The position numbers and the translations under genes were made by a program. The notes under the pieces were generated by a model. It saw nothing but the letters and a program-made list of their open reading frames with translations. It was not told the origin of the DNA and ran no database searches. 64,000 nucleotides of DNA from Ranitomeya imitator (Eukaryota): positions 135,718,001 to 135,782,000 of the forward strand of contig NC_091290.1 in assembly GCF_032444005.1 (NCBI RefSeq), read 5' to 3'. Positions 1 through 11,947 of this stretch are shown in pieces (position 1 is the stretch's first letter; every line of letters begins with the position of its first letter).

Positions 1-3000
1 AGTGATTATATACAGATGGGGGTGTATGGTCAGGAGCACAGTGATTATATACAGATGGGGGAGTATGGTCAGGAGCACAGTGATTATATACAGGGGGGTG
101 TATGGTCAGGAGCACAGTGATTATATACAGAGGGGGGTGTATGGTCAGGAGCACAGTGATTATATACAGATGGGGGGCGTATGGTCAGGAGCACAGTGAT
201 TATATACAGAGGGGGGTGTATGGTCAGGAGCACAGTGATTATATACAGAGGGGGGTGTATGGTCAGGAGCACAGTGATTATATACAGAGGGGGGTGTATG
301 GTCAGGAGCACAGTGATTATATACAGATGGGGGAGTATGGTCAGGAGCACAGTGATTATATACAGATAGGGGTGTATGGTCAGGAGCACAGTGATTATAT
401 ACAGATGGGGGCGTATGGTCAGGAGCACAGTGATTATATACAGGGGGGGTGTATGGTCAGGAGCGCAGTGATTATATACAGATGGGGGTGTATGGTCAGG
501 AGCACAGTGATTATATACAGATGGGGGAGTATGGTCAGGAGCACAGTGATTATATACAGGGGGGTGTATGGTCAGGAGCACAGTGATTATATACAGAGGG
601 GGGTGTATGGTCAGGAGCACAGTGATTATATACAGATGGGGGGCGTATGGTCAGGAGCACAGTGATTATATACAGAGGGGGGTGTATGGTCAGGAGCACA
701 GTGATTATATACAGAGGGGGGTGTATGGTCAGGAGCACAGTGATTATATACAGAGGGGGGTGTATGGTCAGGAGCACAGTGATTATATACAGAGGGGGGT
801 GTATGGTCAGGAGCACAGTGATTATATACAGATGGGGTGTATGGTCAGGAGCACAGTGATTATATACAGATGGGGGAGTATGGTCAGGAGCACAGTGATT
901 ATATACAGAGGGGGGTGTATGGTCAGGAGCACAGTGATTATATACAGATGGGGGGTGCATGGTCAGGAGCACAGTGATTATATACAGAGGGGGGTGTATG
1001 GTCAGGAGCACAGTGATTATATACAGATGGGGGTGTATGGTCAGGAGCACAGTGATTATATACAGATGGGGTGTATGGTCAGGAGCACAGTGATTATATA
1101 CAGATGGGGGAGTATGGTCAGGAGCACAGTGATTATATACAGAGGGGGGTGTATGGTCAGGAGCACAGTGATTATATACAGATGGGGGGTGCATGGTCAG
1201 GAGCACAGTGATTATATACAGAGGGGGGTGTATGGTCAGGAGCACAGTGATTATATACAGATGGGGGCGTATGGTCAGGAGCACAGTGATTATATACAGA
1301 TGGGGGTGTATGGTCAGGAGCACAGTGATTATATACAGATGGGGGCGTATGGTCAGGAGCACAGTGATTATATACAGGGGAGGTGTATGGTCAGGAGCAC
1401 AGTGATTATATACAGGGGGGTGTATGGTTAGGAGCACAGTGATTATATACAGATGGGGGTGTATGGTCATGAGCACAGTGATTATATACAGATGGGGGCG
1501 TATGGTCAGGAGCACAGTGATTATATACAGGGGAGGTGTATGGTCAGGAGCACAGTGATTATATACAGGGGGGTGTATGGTCAGGAGCACAGTGATTATA
1601 TACAGATGGGGGCGTATGGTCAGGAGCACAGTGATTATATACAGAGGGGGGTGTATGGTCAGGAGCACAGTGATTATATACAGATGGGGGTGTATGGTCA
1701 GGAGCACAGTGATTATATACAGATGGGGGGTGTATGGTCAGGAGCACAGTGATTATATACAGATAGGGGTGTATGGTCAGGAGCACAGTGATTATATACA
1801 GATGGGGGCGTATGGTCAGGAGCACAGTGATTATATACAGGGGGGGTGTATGGTCAGGAGCGCAGTGATTATATACAGATGGGGGTGTATGGTCAGGAGC
1901 ACAGTGATTATATACAGATGGGGGAGTATGGTCAGGAGCACAGTGATTATATACAGAGGGGGGTGTATGGTCAGGAGCACAGTGATTATATACAGATGGG
2001 GGGTGCATGGTCAGGAGCACAGTGATTATATACAGAGGGGGGTGTATGGTCAGGAGCACAGTGATTATATACAGATGGGGCGTATGGTCAGGAGCACAGT
2101 GATTATATACAGGGGGGTGTATGGTTAGGAGCACAGTGATTATATACAGATGGGGGCGTATGGTCAGGAGCACAGTGATTATATACAGAGGGGGGTGTAT
2201 GGTCAGGAGCACAGTGATTATATACAGATGGGGGTGTATGGTCAGGGGCACAGTGATTATATACAGATGGGGGTATATGGTCAGGAGCACAGTTATTATA
2301 TACAGATAGGGGTGTATGGTCAGGAGCACAGTGATTATATACAGATAGGGGTGTATGGTCAGGAGCACAGTGATTATATACAGATGGGGGTGTATGGTCA
2401 GGAGCACAGTGATTATATACAGATGGGGGTGTATGGTCAGGAGCACAGTGATTATATACAGATGGGGGCGTATGGTCAGGAGCACAGTGATTATATACAG
2501 ATGGGGGTGTATGGTCAGGAGCACAGTGATTATATACAGATGGGGGTGTATGGTCAGGAGCACAGTGATTATATACAGAGGGGGGAGTATGGTCAGGAGC
2601 ACAGTGATTATATACAGAGGGGGGTGTATGGTCAGGAGCACAGTGATTATATACAGATGGGGGTGTATGGTCAGGAGCACAGTGATTATATACAGATGGG
2701 GGTGTATGGTCAGGAGCACAGTGATTATATACAGATGGGGGTGTATGGTCAGGAGCACAGTGATTATATACATATGGGGGTGTATGGTCAGGAGCACAGT
2801 GATTATATACAGAGGGGGGTGTATGGTCCGGAGCACAGTGATTATATACAGAGGGGGGTGTATGGTCAGGAGCACAGTGATTATATACAGAGGGGGGAGT
2901 ATGGTCAGGAGCACAGTGATTATATACAGAGGGGGTGTATGGTCAGGAGCACAGTGATTATATACAGATGGGGGTGTATGGTTAGGAGCACAGTGATTAT

Positions 3001-3245
3001 ATACAGATGGGGGCGTATGGTCAGGAGCACAGTGATTATATACAGAGGGGGGGTGTATGGTCAGGAGCACAGTGATTATATACAGATGGGGGTGTATGGT
3101 CAGGAGCACAGTGATTATATACAGATGGGGGTGTATGGTCAGGAGCACAGTGATTATATACATATGGGGGTGTATGGTCAGGAGCACAGTGATTATATAC
3201 AGAGGGGGGTGTATGGTCAGGGGCACAGTGATTATATACAGAGGG
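1..3245. repeat. ~39-bp minisatellite (GTATGGTCAGGAGCACAGTGATTATATACAGATGGGGGT), ~80 copies, open at the window start
   Basis: Tandem unit read directly; only the G-run length and a few bases vary. It explains all the repetitive ORFs in 1-3250. Confidence 0.97.
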
Positions 3246-3548
3246 GTTAACGATGGTAACCAGGGTAAACATCGGGTTACTAAGCGCGGCCCTGCGCTTA
3301 GTTACCCGATGTTTACCCTGGTTACCAGCGAAGACATCGCTGGATCGGTGTCACACACGCCGATCCAGCGATGTCAGCAGGAGTCCAGCGACGAAATAAA
3401 GTTCTGGACTTTCTTCAGCGACCAACGATCTCCCAGCAGGGGCCTGATCGTTGGTCGCTGTCACACATAATGATTTCATTAACGATATCGTTGCTACGTC
3501 ACAAAAAGCAACGATATCGTTAACAATATCGTTATGTGTGAAGGTACC
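3246..3548. mobile_element. One end of a Harbinger/PIF-type MITE
   Basis: Ends in GTGTGAAGGTACC (reverse complement GGTACCTTCACAC), the same TIR class as the GGC..TTCACAC MITEs elsewhere in the window. Has an internal palindrome (GGTAACCAGGGTAAACATCGGG...CCCGATGTTTACCCTGGTTACC). The other end is not visible. Confidence 0.7.
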
Positions 3549-3549
3549 T

Positions 3550-3998
3550 TTAGACATTGACCACACAGACCATCTTTCCCTCCGGAGGACCCACCACGTC
3601 TAGGCTACCCATGGACAACCTATTGGGTACTAGGTAATACTTTATATCTCCTGTGATGGCGCTGCAAGGAAATTAAGCACATGCTTCCCAGGTCACTAAT
3701 AGATTCCGGGAAAGCAGTGGGACACCCTGTGATCAAGCAATCATTGGTCAATGATCAACCATAACACAAAGGGATTGTCCAAGTCAGGAAGAATATGAGA
3801 ATAATGAATTTCAAAAACTGCAAGAATGCAGAATTCGGGGAAAAATGTCTCAAGTTGTGCCAAAGTTAATGAAATGGAGCACAAGGTATAATACACTGTA
3901 TATGTCTGTACCCTGGACCTTGTGTATCCTAAAACACATGACTGAGATACCAACCTAAATTTGGCACTTACTTTCCGATTGATAGATTCGGCTTTACC
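3550..3998 (-). repeat. Inverted duplicate (449 bp) of 6452-6900 (IST1-A exon 4 3' end plus intron 4)
   Basis: Reverse-complement match followed by eye with only scattered substitutions; includes the last 27 nt of exon 4 and its GTAAGT donor. Confidence 0.93.
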
Positions 3999-4783
3999 CT
4001 TCTTTTCCAGAAGCGCTTTTGGGAGAGGTTTTTTCCTGTAGTATTTTTTTTTACAGCTTTTCGAATTGACAGGGCTTCTTTTGGAGCATATTTAATCGAC
4101 TGACGTGCACTTTTTTGGGGCAATTTTCAAATCTTCTTTGGGAAATAAAATGCTCCAAAAAAAAAAATGAATAGGAAAACTTTTCCTTTTTTAAGGTGTT
4201 TTTTAGTAGTAGATCTACTGGAAATTACTCCTCAAAAAGCTCTGTGTGAACTTGGCATGAAGAACAAAGCCGCCCAACCCAATTTTTTTGGTGTTTTCAT
4301 TGGGGCCCCCTGAGTTACCATGATTGTGAATAAAACATTAAATGCCCAAGTCTATTTTTTTTTGGCTTAACAGAGATAAGCCGACTCCAGATGTTAAAAA
4401 GCACAGTCACCTGCATGTGCTCGGGTATGGGGCTTGGGAGGGATAGCTGTCTGCTGAATACTTTTAGAATAATACATCTTCGATATAGCTGCAGGCTGAC
4501 AGGTGAGACGATTCTTCAAACCAGGGGCACCAGTGTCGCTGTGGCCACTAGATGGCAGTATTTTTTATTATGTTTAAAGGGAACCTGTCAGCTGATTCGT
4601 ACAACCCAAACCACATGCGACCACATATTGTCTCCATTATTGCAGCCATGCATGTTTTTTTCTTAAACACTGCAGCGTTTCAGAGATTTTTCCCAATTTT
4701 TTTAAATTAGCATGCCAATTTTTTGCTATTTTTTAATTACTCTTATACTAAGTAATATTACGAACATGTTGCCTTCTATGTAG

Positions 4784-4871
4784 GGAAATAAGCCCGGATC
4801 TGGAGGAAGCCGTGTCCGGTGTGGTTTGGTGCGCTCCACGTTTAGAGGTGGAAATTCCAGAACTGAAACCA
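4784..4871 (+). CDS. IST1: IST1-like paralog A, coding exon 3 (EISPDLEEAVSGVVWCAPRLEVEIPELKP)
   Basis: AG/GT bounded, 88 nt, phase 2 to 0. 14/29 identical to human IST1 ELDSGLAESVSTLIWAAPRLQSEVAELKI (recalled). Coding exons 1-2 are not in the window. Confidence 0.9.
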
Positions 4872-4971
4872 GTGGGTAATAGAATATCTGCATCATAACA
4901 TTTTTTTTTGCTAGGATGTATCTCTAGGAGAAAGTTTTTAAAATTTTGCCTTAAACTCTTAGGGTGATGTA

Positions 4972-6116
4972 CAGTGCCTTGATTAAGTATTCACACGCAC
5001 AAGGGAAATACATTTCCAAGGAAAATTTTACGTGGTTTTCTAATTATTTTAAAAATATAAATCTGAAGATTGTGAGATGCATTTATATTCAGCCCCTCTC
5101 CCAAGTCAATACTTTGTAGGACCACCTTGCCTGTATTTAGCTCCATCCATATTCCCGTGAACTCTCACCAGCTTCCCTGTCCCTGCTGAAGAAAAGTCTC
5201 CCCACAGCATGATGCTACCATCACCATGTTTGACAGTGGGGATGGTGTTTTCAGGGTGATGTGCAGTGTTAATTTTGCGTGTTTTGCAATTAGTGCCAAA
5301 AGTTCTACTTTAGTCTCATCTGACCAGAGGACCTTCTTTCACATGCTAGCTGTGTCCCCTAAAAGGCTTTTACCAAACTGCAAACAGGACTTCTTATGGC
5401 TTTCTTTCACAAATAACTTTCTTCTTGACACTCTTCCTTAAAGGCCAGATTTGTGAAGTATACAATTAATAGTTGTCCTGTGGAGAGAGTCTCCCACCTG
5501 AGCTGTGGATATCTCCAGCTCCTCCAGAATGACCATAGACCTCTTGGCCGCTTCTCTGATTAGTGCTCTCCTTGCTTGGGATGTCAGGTTAGGTGGACGG
5601 CCATATCTTGCTAGGTTTGCAGTTGTGCCAACTCCTTCCATTTTTGGATGATGGATTGAGCAGTGTTTGGGCTATTTTTTATAAACTAACCCTGCTTTAC
5701 TCTTCTCAACAACTTTATCCCTGACCTGTCTGGTGTGTTCCTTGATTTTCATGATGCCGTTTGATCCCTAATTTTCTCAAACCTCTGAGGCCTTCACAGA
5801 ACATCTGTAGTTATACTGAGATGAAATTTCCCACAGGTGGTTTCAATTGACTAATTATGTGAATTCTGGAGTCAATTGGTCACTCAGGATTTTATTTAGG
5901 GGTATCAGATTACCCGGGGGCTGAATACAAATGCACTGCACAATTTTAAGATTTATATATTTAAAATAATAAGAAAACCATAAGAAAACCTTTTACACTT
6001 CACAAGTACTTGCTACTTTGTGTTGGCATATCACATAAAATCCCATTACGTTTGTGGGTGTAAAGTGAGACAGAATTGAAAAGTTCACGGGGTAGGAATA
6101 CTTTTTCAAGGCATTG
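4972..6116 (-). mobile_element. Decayed Tc1-like transposon in IST1-A intron 3
   Basis: TA|CAGTGCCTTG...CAAGGCATTG|TA termini. Minus-strand transposase remnant 5438-5641 (GRPPNLTSQARRALIREAAKR...LHKSGL). Confidence 0.85.
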
Positions 6117-6394
6117 TACCACACAAAGCCAACATGCTGTAATTTCCACCTGCAAAGAGGAGCAGTGCAATGTGTCTTTAATGTGACGGTTGTGGAAGGG
6201 TCCAGTATAGGGCCGCTGATATCCAAAATCTCCCTGGAAAGGGAAATATTTGTAAATTCTGTATTTTACATATTTAATTACCTTTTCATTAGATTTTTTT
6301 AGACATTGCTGTGAAGCATAAAAAATGTCAAAGCCGAAGTGAATGGATTGTGGTTTTTTTTTGCAGGGAATGATCTTTTCTGTGCACTTTGCAG

Positions 6395-6478
6395 GTCTCT
6401 ATTCAGTTGTGTAACAAGTATGGAAAAAAGTTTGGCAAGCTGTGCCAGAAAGGTAAAGCCGAATCTATCAATCGGAAA
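6395..6478 (+). CDS. IST1: IST1-like paralog A, coding exon 4 (VSIQLCNKYGKKFGKLCQKGKAESINRK)
   Basis: ttgcag/GTAAGT, 84 nt, phase 0-0. Aligns without gaps to IST1 VADQLCAKYSKEYGKLCRTNQIGTVNDR. Confidence 0.9.
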
Positions 6479-6964
6479 GTAAGTGCCAAATTTAGATTGG
6501 TATCTCAGTCATGTGTTTTAGGATACACAAGGTCCAGGGTACAGACATATACAGTGTATTATACCTTGTGCTCCATTTCATTAACTTTCGCACAACTTGA
6601 GACATTTTTCCCCAAATTCTGCATTCTTGCAGTTTTTGAAATTCATTATTCTCATGTTCTTCTTGACTTGGACAATCCCTTTGTGTTATGGTTGATCATT
6701 GACCAATGATTGCTTGATCACAGGGTGTCCCACTGCTTTCCCGGAATCTATTAGTGACCTGGGAAGCATGTGCTTATTTTCCTTGCAGCGCCATCACAGG
6801 AGAGATAAAGTATTACCTAGTACCCAATAGGTTGTCCATGGGTAGCCTAGACGTGGTGGGTCCTCCGGAGGGAAAGATGGTCTGTGTGGTCAATGTCTAA
6901 GAGATAAGTGTCCTCATAGGTTTTAAAAAATGGACAATCCCTTTAACACTTCCTCTGTCCACAG

Positions 6965-7075
6965 CTTATTCATGGGCTCAGCACCACAGCTCCTTCTAAA
7001 TGTCTGGTGGAGAAGTACCTTATGGAGATCAGCCACCATTATAACATCCCCTATGAAGCTGATGTCGCAGATTTA
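6965..7075 (+). CDS. IST1: IST1-like paralog A, coding exon 5 (LIHGLSTTAPSKCLVEKYLMEISHHYNIPYEADVADL)
   Basis: ccacag/GTGAGT, 111 nt, phase 0-0. Aligns without gaps to LMHKLSVEAPPKILVERYLIEIAKNYNVPYEPDSVVM. Confidence 0.92.
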
Positions 7076-7159
7076 GTGAGTATAATTAAGAAACTGTGAT
7101 CTTGTACACTGCCTCAGTTGTACATTTGAGGGACTTCAATACTGTTTAAAGGGGCAGTG

Positions 7160-7810
7160 TGTCACAAGAGTGTCACGTTCCCCTTGAAGACCTAGAGTTA
7201 GATCGTCATGTAGGGTAATGAATCACAAGTCCTCTTTAGAGATGGTGTGATTCATGTCCTATTTTAAATGGATTTCCTTTCCTTCAGCGCTGAGAGGGTT
7301 AAAGACCCTTTCCAGGCTGGCTGAGACCATACAGCCTGGTTGTTCCCAGCTGCAATTGCTTATCATTTACTCCCTTTATATATACAGTCTCTGGGCTTTT
7401 AATCCCTGCCGTTGAAAGATTTGTCTTCCTGTGCTAAAGCTAACTGATTGGAGTAGAGTTGTTGTAGTAGTGTTCTGTGGTTTGCAGTAGTACGTTTGTG
7501 TGTTTATCTCCTGGTCCCTTTTCTCATTCAGTTTATTCCTCCCTGTCCCTATCCTCATCCCTATTGTAGGTTAGTGCTTTTTCATGATAGAGATTTTGTA
7601 TTATCCCTGTTTTGTCTTTGTGTCTTGTTTATCTTACATTTCTGTCCCATGCCTCATGGGGTTGGGGAGGGGACAGATTAGGGTTTAACAGGAGCATAGT
7701 AAAATCAAAGACCCAGGCCTCTCTACCTTCAAGAGTACTGCCGGGTTAAGGTCCCAGTTCCAGGAACACATTGAGGCCCCTCTCTCTCCGAAGACCATCA
7801 CAGCGTGACA
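7160..7810. mobile_element. Solo LTR
   Basis: TGTCAC...GTGACA termini flanked by a 5-bp direct repeat CAGTG (7155-7159, 7811-7815). Confidence 0.8.
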
Positions 7811-8273
7811 CAGTGGCGCACGAGTGAGCACCGCTTGTCCTTTATATTGCTCAATGCTTTTACTAGTGGCTGTGTTTGGTATTGCAGTTCAGTCCCAGCC
7901 AGAATACAACACATCTGTAATACCAGATACCAGAGATACTAAAAGTCTGGCTTTATACCTGGTATATAACGTAGAGAGAGAGTTGTGGGTGGGAGTCCTG
8001 TAATCCCTTCAAACACAAGTGGGAATTAGAAATAAAATATGAAATGTTACTGTATATGTTTCGTCTTTTATGCTATGCCTAATTATATTTACTTCTCCAA
8101 GATCACAGCTGTAACAGGTGCAGGGGTTGCAGTTGCCCTTGAGCAGGGGAATTCCCCCCAAAAAATCTTTGGGCCATAAGAAAATTCCAGTACTTAAAAA
8201 AACCAGTGATAGTGCTGGATATCTTGCAATAAGACCCATAGGCTATAAGTGACCCCATTGTTTTTCTCTCCAG

Positions 8274-8381
8274 AGTGAAGTTCCGCTCCCAGACCTGAGA
8301 CACTTGCAGGTCACAGGGGACAAAACTTGGAAAGCAGAACTGTATGGAGGAGAGAGGAGAGATTCCTCCGAGGCGCGATAT
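8274..8381 (+). CDS. IST1: IST1-like paralog A, predicted exon 6 (SEVPLPDLRHLQVTGDKTWKAELYGGERRDSSEARY)
   Basis: Polypyrimidine-ctccag acceptor, GTGAGT donor, 108 nt, open only in phase 0. No recognisable homology. Confidence 0.65.
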
Positions 8382-8697
8382 GTGAGTACATCACATATAC
8401 TCTTGCTGTTAAAGAGGACCTGTCACTTGCCATAAATGTGTAATTTTTTTACCTGATATAAATGCCGCTTTTCTCCTGAATCCGGTGATGTTTTTGGTTT
8501 ATTTCTGCGCCTCTCTGTTCCTGAGATATGGCCTCCTCTTCCCTGTATAAAAATCTCATCATGTTTAGCAAGTGGGCGTGGTCTGCAGGAGGTTCTCTTC
8601 TTAATGACGCCGCCTAGTTGGCTAAAAAACAAAATCTACAAAGAAAGAGAAGGGGCCATATCTACCAGTTCATTCAATGTGTGCTTGTCTGTTATAG

Positions 8698-8814
8698 CTC
8701 CCTTCACCTCATTACCCCCTAGGGGTCTATGAGCCAGAACATTGCAAGACATTTCTGCCAACATTTAAGGTTGGAGTAGAGTCAGAGTATCACCCGGACA
8801 CGACACCCGGCACA
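8698..8814 (+). CDS. IST1: IST1-like paralog A, predicted exon 7 (LPSPHYPLGVYEPEHCKTFLPTFKVGVESEYHPDTTPGT)
   Basis: ttatag/GTGAGT, 117 nt, phase 0-0, Pro-rich like the IST1 tail. Confidence 0.65.
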
Positions 8815-9279
8815 GTGAGTATCTGCTATTCCAAAATATTGGCTATGCAGTAAGTAGTTGTTCCCTAAAAAAAATTATATTCACCTGTTTAAACCAGTGC
8901 AGCTCTGTCTCCACTGCTCCTGTGGTCCCGCTAGTCTGTTTACTACCCAGTGATAGCACGCTGTAGAGGCATATGACTGCTGCAGCCAATCACTGCCCTG
9001 TGATTGGCTGTAGCAGTCAGACTAATGTGCATGTGCAGAATAATATCATTGGTGCAATTAAGCAAAAAAGATGGGACATACTGATAGATGGCACTGGAGA
9101 TGCCAGGGTTTAAACAGGTGAATATCCATTTTTTTTTTAGTATTTTATCAACTTCCTTGCACTTGGCCAATTTTTTTTAGGTCTCTAACAGCCTCCTTAA
9201 GCAAAGACTGGAATTTGCCTGTGATGCATGTTTTCTGAGTCAGTTTATTTTCAAGTAATGTCTGGTCCTTTCTTTAAAA

Positions 9280-9962
9280 GTAGTAGAAGTAATAGAAATA
9301 GTAAATATAGTAGTAGTTGTAGAAATTGTAGTAGTAGTGATAGTAAATATAGTAGTTGTAGAAATTGTAGTAGTAGTGATAGTAGTAGTGATAGTAGTAG
9401 TAGAAATTATTGTACTGATAGTAGTAGAAACTATAATAGTAGTAGTGGAAATCATAATAGCACAGTAGTAGTGATAGTAGTGGAAATCAATAAAGTAGTA
9501 GCAGCAATCATAATAATAGTAACTAGTGGTGGTAGTAATAGTAGTAGTAGTAGTAGAAATTATTATTGTAGTAGTAGTAATCATCATAGTAGAAGTAATA
9601 AAAGTTATAGTATAGTAGCAATAAAAATAATAGTAGTAGTAGTTGTAGTAGTATAAATTATTGTAGTAATAGTTGTGGAAATTATTACAATAGTAGTAAT
9701 TGTAGTGGTAGTTGTAGAAATTATTGTAGTATTAATAGTAGTAGTGTAAATTAATGTATTAGTAGCAATCATAATTATAGTATTAGCAGTAGTGGTAGTA
9801 ATAATAGTAGTAGTGGAGTTTATTATAGTAGTTGTAATTGTAGTGGTAGTAGTAGAAATCATAGTAGTAGTTCTATTAATGGTAGTAGAAATTATAGTAC
9901 AGTAGTAGTAATAGTAGTGGAAATGAATAAAGTAGTAGTAGTAGCAATCATAATTATAGTCA

Positions 9963-10001
<39 letters not shown>

Positions 10002-11580
10002 CAGCAGCAGTAGAAATTATTATTGTAGTAGTAGTAATAATAGTAGTAATCATCTTAGTAGAAGTAATAAAGGTTATAGTATAGTAGTAATCATAATAAA
10101 AATAGTTGTAGTAGTAGAAATTACTGTAGTAATAGTTGTGGAAAGCATTATGGTAGTAATTGTAGTGGTAGTTCTAGAAATTATAATAGTAGAAATTATT
10201 GTAGTAGTAATAGTTTTAGCGGAAATTATTGTAGTAGTAGCAATCATAATTGTATTGGTAGTAATAGTAATAGTAGAAATTATTGTAGTAGTAGAATTTA
10301 TTATAGTAGTAGTAATTGTAGTGGTAGTAGTAGAAATCATAATAATAGTAGTAGAAAGATTAGTACTGCTACTAATAGTAATAGTAATTATAATAATAAT
10401 AGTAATAATATAATAATATATAATAATAATAATAATTAGATATAATAATAATAATAATAATAATAATATAATAGTAGTAGTGGAAATTAATATAGTAATG
10501 GTAGTAATCCTAATAATAGTAGCAGTAGTAATAGTTATCATAAAAATATTAGTAATAGAAATTACTGTAGTAGTAATAGTAGTTGTAGAAATCATAATAA
10601 TAGTAGTAGTAATAATGGTGGTAGAAATTATTGTAGAAGTAGTAATACAACAACCAAAAAAAAAACAACCATATGGTTAATGTGGAGGGCAAACAGAAGT
10701 GATCCAACCAATTAAAAGATACATTTTACTGAAACATATTAAAATATACAATTAAAAAGCAAAAAAAATCTATAAAGGGGACGCAGAGCAAATGTGGAGG
10801 GAGAAAATAATTTAATAGATAGAGAGGGTATAATAACAGTCCAGTAACTCCCCCTAGCTGGATGGCCAGGTAACCAAACCATGTACATAATACAGTGTAT
10901 AGATGTAAGTGCACAAAAAGGACCCTCTCAAAATGGTGGTAGGCACATAGAGGTAGACAGTATACAGGTGGATAAGAGGGGTATCAGAATCTACTAAATA
11001 TCCCCTAGTGCTATTAACAATGAATAGATAAGCTCTGAGGATAAAGTACTATACAGTCCAAAATAATAAGGTGCTGCCAAAAAATAGGCTTAACGTTCAT
11101 AAAGTATACCTGTGTGATGTAAATTACAGCTGCCACGAGGGATGGGCTCAGCATCCCCTCACCCCGACGCGCGTTTCGCCGCCAGCTTCTTATCTTTTAA
11201 TTTTACTCAGTTGGATCACTGCTGTTTGCCCTCCACATATTAGCCATATGTGTGTTTTTTTGGGGGTTGTTGTATCTTGCATGAAATACCTACATGTACG
11301 AAGGACTACCATTTTGGTTTAGAAGTAGTAATAGTAGTAGTTGTAAAAAGTGTAATAGCAGTAGCTAAAGAAATCATAGTAGTAGTACAATCATTATAGT
11401 AGTAGTTTAAATGATTGCAGTAGTAGTAGTAATACTAGTTGTCGTAGGAGTCATTAGGGGTAAAGACTATACCTATAGTTGTAGTGAAAATCCTAGTATT
11501 AGTAGTAGGTGTTGTAGGAATGATGATGCTAGTAGTGGTGGTAATAGTAGAAATCACTTGGTAGTTATAATTACTAGTAA
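9280..11580. repeat. Degenerate (AGT)n/(AAT)n low-complexity tract, interrupted at 10648-11319
   Basis: Read directly; it gives rise to the Ser/Thr/Ile/Val-rich spurious ORFs. Confidence 0.9.
10648..11319 (-). mobile_element. Penelope-like (pLTR-type) insertion with inverted ends and a truncated hammerhead
   Basis: About 10645-10721 is an imperfect reverse complement of about 11191-11275. Minus-strand AAGAAGC-TGGCG-GCGAAACGCGCGTC-GGGG at 11162-11191. Flanking direct repeat TAGAAGTAGTAATA (10634-10647, 11320-11333), but in low-complexity DNA. Confidence 0.55.
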
Positions 11581-11614
11581 CTAGTTGATTGGATCTTGTG
11601 GTTGTACATTACAG

Positions 11615-11719
11615 GTCTCTCCTCCCCATCACGTTGGTCTCTATGAAACACAAAAAATCCTTACTCTCCCTCCGCCCTGTGAGGTTGGAGCAGCACCATT
11701 AGTTCCCGATTATAGTCCA
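11615..11719 (+). CDS. IST1: IST1-like paralog A, predicted exon 8 (VSPPHHVGLYETQKILTLPPPCEVGAAPLVPDYSP)
   Basis: ttacag acceptor, weak GTAAAT donor, 105 nt, phase 0-0; similar to exon 7. Confidence 0.55.
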
Positions 11720-11947
11720 GTAAATATCCGCTTTCCAGAGCAGCCGGCGGTTGGCAGGTGGGGGATGGAAGGGTGATCATGGGGGAATGCAGAGGTATTA
11801 GTAGTTTTGCCTCCGTGTGAAGCGCACGGTGTGATTGGCTATCGATGTTGATGGGTAGGGGGAAATTTTTCATTCCATATGGATTTCCCTGTCCCTATAC
11901 ACAGCAGATAAGTCTACGTTACTCAAGAAAACCCCTTTGGATTGTAG

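Noticed and set aside
2-3250. Long ORFs (up to 555 aa) in the first 3.2 kb
   Set aside because: Translations of a 39-bp minisatellite in several frames on both strands; no coding signal.
4373-4501. AG/GT-bounded open segment as a candidate IST1-A exon 2
   Set aside because: Wrong length (not 181 nt) and no similarity to the IST1 helix 2-3 sequence.
9228-10680. Ser/Thr-rich mucin-like ORFs
   Set aside because: Products of the (AGT)n/(AAT)n low-complexity tract; no splice or homology support.
11720-11757. Alternative donor GGCAG|GTGGGG extending IST1-A exon 8
   Set aside because: It gives phase 2, incompatible with the phase-0 exon at 11948.
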